Source: Eledone cirrhosa
Taxonomy: Eukaryota
DNA: 64,000 nt
NCBI GenBank assembly: GCA_964016885.1
Contig: OZ024740.1
Coordinates: 135,780,001-135,844,000 of the forward strand
Reading direction: 5' to 3'
Shown here: piece by piece, positions 61,787-64,000 of the stretch
Numbering within the stretch: position 1 is the first letter of the stretch
How the letters are laid out: each line of letters opens with the position of its first letter
The notes under the pieces: model-generated
Database searches by the model: none
What the model was told of the DNA's origin: nothing
The model's input: only the letters and a program-made list of their open reading frames with translations
Made by a program: the position numbers and the translations under genes

Positions 61787-62262
61787 TTAATGAGATTAAG
61801 AAAAAAAAAAAAAAAAAAAAAAAAAAACATCTTTGACAAAGATACAACTGATAGAAATATTTGAAACCCTCAGTCTTGAGGTCACCACTCTACTAACTGG
61901 GTTAATTACAGCTCTCATGTTACATTTATTACATTATTAGGCTCCTCTTCCCATTTTGAAGAGTACTTAAGCATTTATATGAAAAGGATATGATTTTGGT
62001 ATAGTATGGAAATCATAAAACAACTTTTAGTTAGTTTCCATTTTATATTTAAATTAATCTCTTCCCATAGTTACCAACTTTAGTGCCAGATAACAGCTCA
62101 GTCCCAGTAATAAGATGAGACACACAAGTGAATAAGACTGATATCATATCCAGCACTCACATCATTCCCTAATTTACTTCTTAATTTTTTTTCCCCATTT
62201 GTCCAAGCCTTGAAGGATTTTTAATGGTTGGCTGTTAGCTCTAATTTAATGGTATTAAATGA

Positions 62263-62452
62263 GGGCGGTGAATTAGCAGTATCGGTAGAGGGTCGGACGC
62301 CATGCTTTGATGCATAGAGTTACGGCCCTTGCCATTCCGAGTTCAAATCCTGTCAAGGTTAACTTTGCCTTTCATCCTTATGGGGTCAATAAAATAAAGT
62401 ACCAGTAATGCACTGAGTAATTGCTGGCCTTGTGCCAAAAGTAGAAACAATT
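62263..62452 (+). mobile_element. SINE family A with 10-bp TSD
   Basis: Full copy; TSD ATTAAATGAG at 62254-62263 and 62450-62459. Confidence 0.92.
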
Positions 62453-62776
62453 AAATGAGTAAGAGATAAATCTCCCACTGGATAGAACATTGATCTTTCT
62501 CATACCAATTCCTGGTAGCTAGATCCACTGAAACGTAAAAATAACAGTACAACAAAATAATTACTATACAATTGAACTAAAAACCTCTGAAATGGTAGTC
62601 ATATATTCTTTTTGTGGGCTTTCAAGTACTGGACTACAATCCTACTGAGGCACTGCTTTGGGGCTTTTTAGCCAATCATAGCAACCCCAATATTTATTTT
62701 AGTTGAGTATACATTTTAAGTCGTCATTTTGACACAACATACATGTGTGTGTATGTATATATCTATGTGTGTGATT

Positions 62777-63090
62777 ATCATCATCATTTTACGTCCACTT
62801 TTCCCTGCTTGCAAGGGTGGGACGGGAACTGATTCTGGCTTGATTTCTACAGCTGGATGCCCTTCCTAACACCAACCTCATTTACAGTGAGTGCTGGGTG
62901 CTTTTTTTCCGTGGCACCTACACGTCCACTTTACAGTGTGGGCTGGGTGCTTTTTTGCCGTCGCTCCTCCACAACTACTTTGCAGTGGAATGATAGGGAC
63001 CCTAGTCCTATCATCTCATTTCTACAGCTGAGTAAACTGGAGCAATGTGAAATAAAGTGTCTTGCTGAAGGAAACAACACATCACCTGGT
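62777..63090 (-). mobile_element. SINE family B, 5'-truncated
   Basis: Matches 41410-41670 but carries one extra ~48-bp module; 5' end abuts (TA)n. Confidence 0.9.
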
Positions 63091-64000
63091 ATATATGGTA
63101 TATATATATATATATATATAAAAGATGATGATGATGATGATATGTGTTCCTCCTCTTCTGAAGAAGTTGGAATTCTCTTATTTCCAATGTAGTCTGTCTG
63201 CACTTATATGTGACTTATTTTCATTTTTTTCGTGAGACATTCTTCAGTAGGTTGTCCAATCCCTCATACTCTCTCTCTAACACACACACACAATTGGCTT
63301 CTGCCCAGTTTTGTGAAGCAAATTCCACTAACAAACTATTGGTCAACCTGAAGCTATAGTAAAAGGCACTCGCCTACAGTGCTACATATTGAAAATGAAC
63401 CAAGGATGATGTAGTCGAAAAACAAACTTCTTAATCATGTACCCATACCTACATCTGCACGATATTCACTCAAGCTTTTCACATCTCCCACTTATAAACT
63501 AATGAGATTTCATATTTTATATATTTATGAGACTAAAGAATGAAAGTAAACCCAAAGACAGTTGATTCTCTGACTCAGTTCTAGTTCTCAGCTGTAGTAG
63601 TTTCTCTAATACTTCTGAGAACAGCAAGAATTTAATTACTCTTATAACCCTTTTTTTATTGCTTAGTCAGAATGAAGGATGTTGTTCTCAAACCAGAAAG
63701 CTGACCCAGATGCTTGAAACAGTGGATTCCACTAAAAGCACCCAAGAGCCCGAAGTTGTTTTGAATCAGGTGACAGATTAAGTCTACCACCGAAATAGGC
63801 CATGCTTGGATTTGAACTGAGACTGTAAACAGTTGGAACAAATCCCATAATGCATCCTGTCCAATACTCTACCAATTATGTCAGTCTACCATAAAAAACT
63901 CGTACTATATTTATCGACCTTGGTGGGACTTGAACTCACAATGCAGAGAGCCAGAATAATCACAAGGCATTTCATCCAGTGCAAGAAATCAACAATATTA

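Noticed and set aside
63150-63250. CTGAAGA motif after a (GAT)n tail
   Set aside because: No properly placed GAAA or stem III; only a short inverted repeat.

Overview
This is AT-rich eukaryotic DNA (intron or intergenic), most likely from a coleoid cephalopod such as Octopus. That assignment is inferred from the tRNA-SINE/RTE repertoire and the (TA)n/(GAT)n microsatellites, not proven. No host gene could be identified with confidence, and nearly all short ORFs in the track are spurious or transposon fragments. Main contents: (1) a full-length but frameshifted L1/Tx1-clade LINE (24057-29715) with a 16-bp TSD in an (ATCT)n(CT)n microsatellite; (2) at least three RTE-clade LINE families, including a 5'-truncated copy with an uninterrupted ORF (37533-39410), all carrying a C4HC3 PHD finger inside the RT domain; (3) several tRNA-derived SINE families, one sharing its 3' ~230 bp with a resident RTE; (4) a DD37D (maT) element, two mariners, a Helitron remnant, and piggyBac-, Tigger- and Tc1-type MITEs. 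The most notable observations are: short (TA)n-embedded elements with complete type-I hammerhead ribozyme cores and unusually large stem-II insertions (31844-31949 +, 47295-47399 -), with related palindrome-plus-tail insertions (Penelope/retrozyme-like); a tandem hairpin/pseudoknot module in RTE UTRs and SINEs; a SINE insertion that captured an inverted copy of neighbouring DNA; and a chimeric RTE. All alignments and folds were done by eye.
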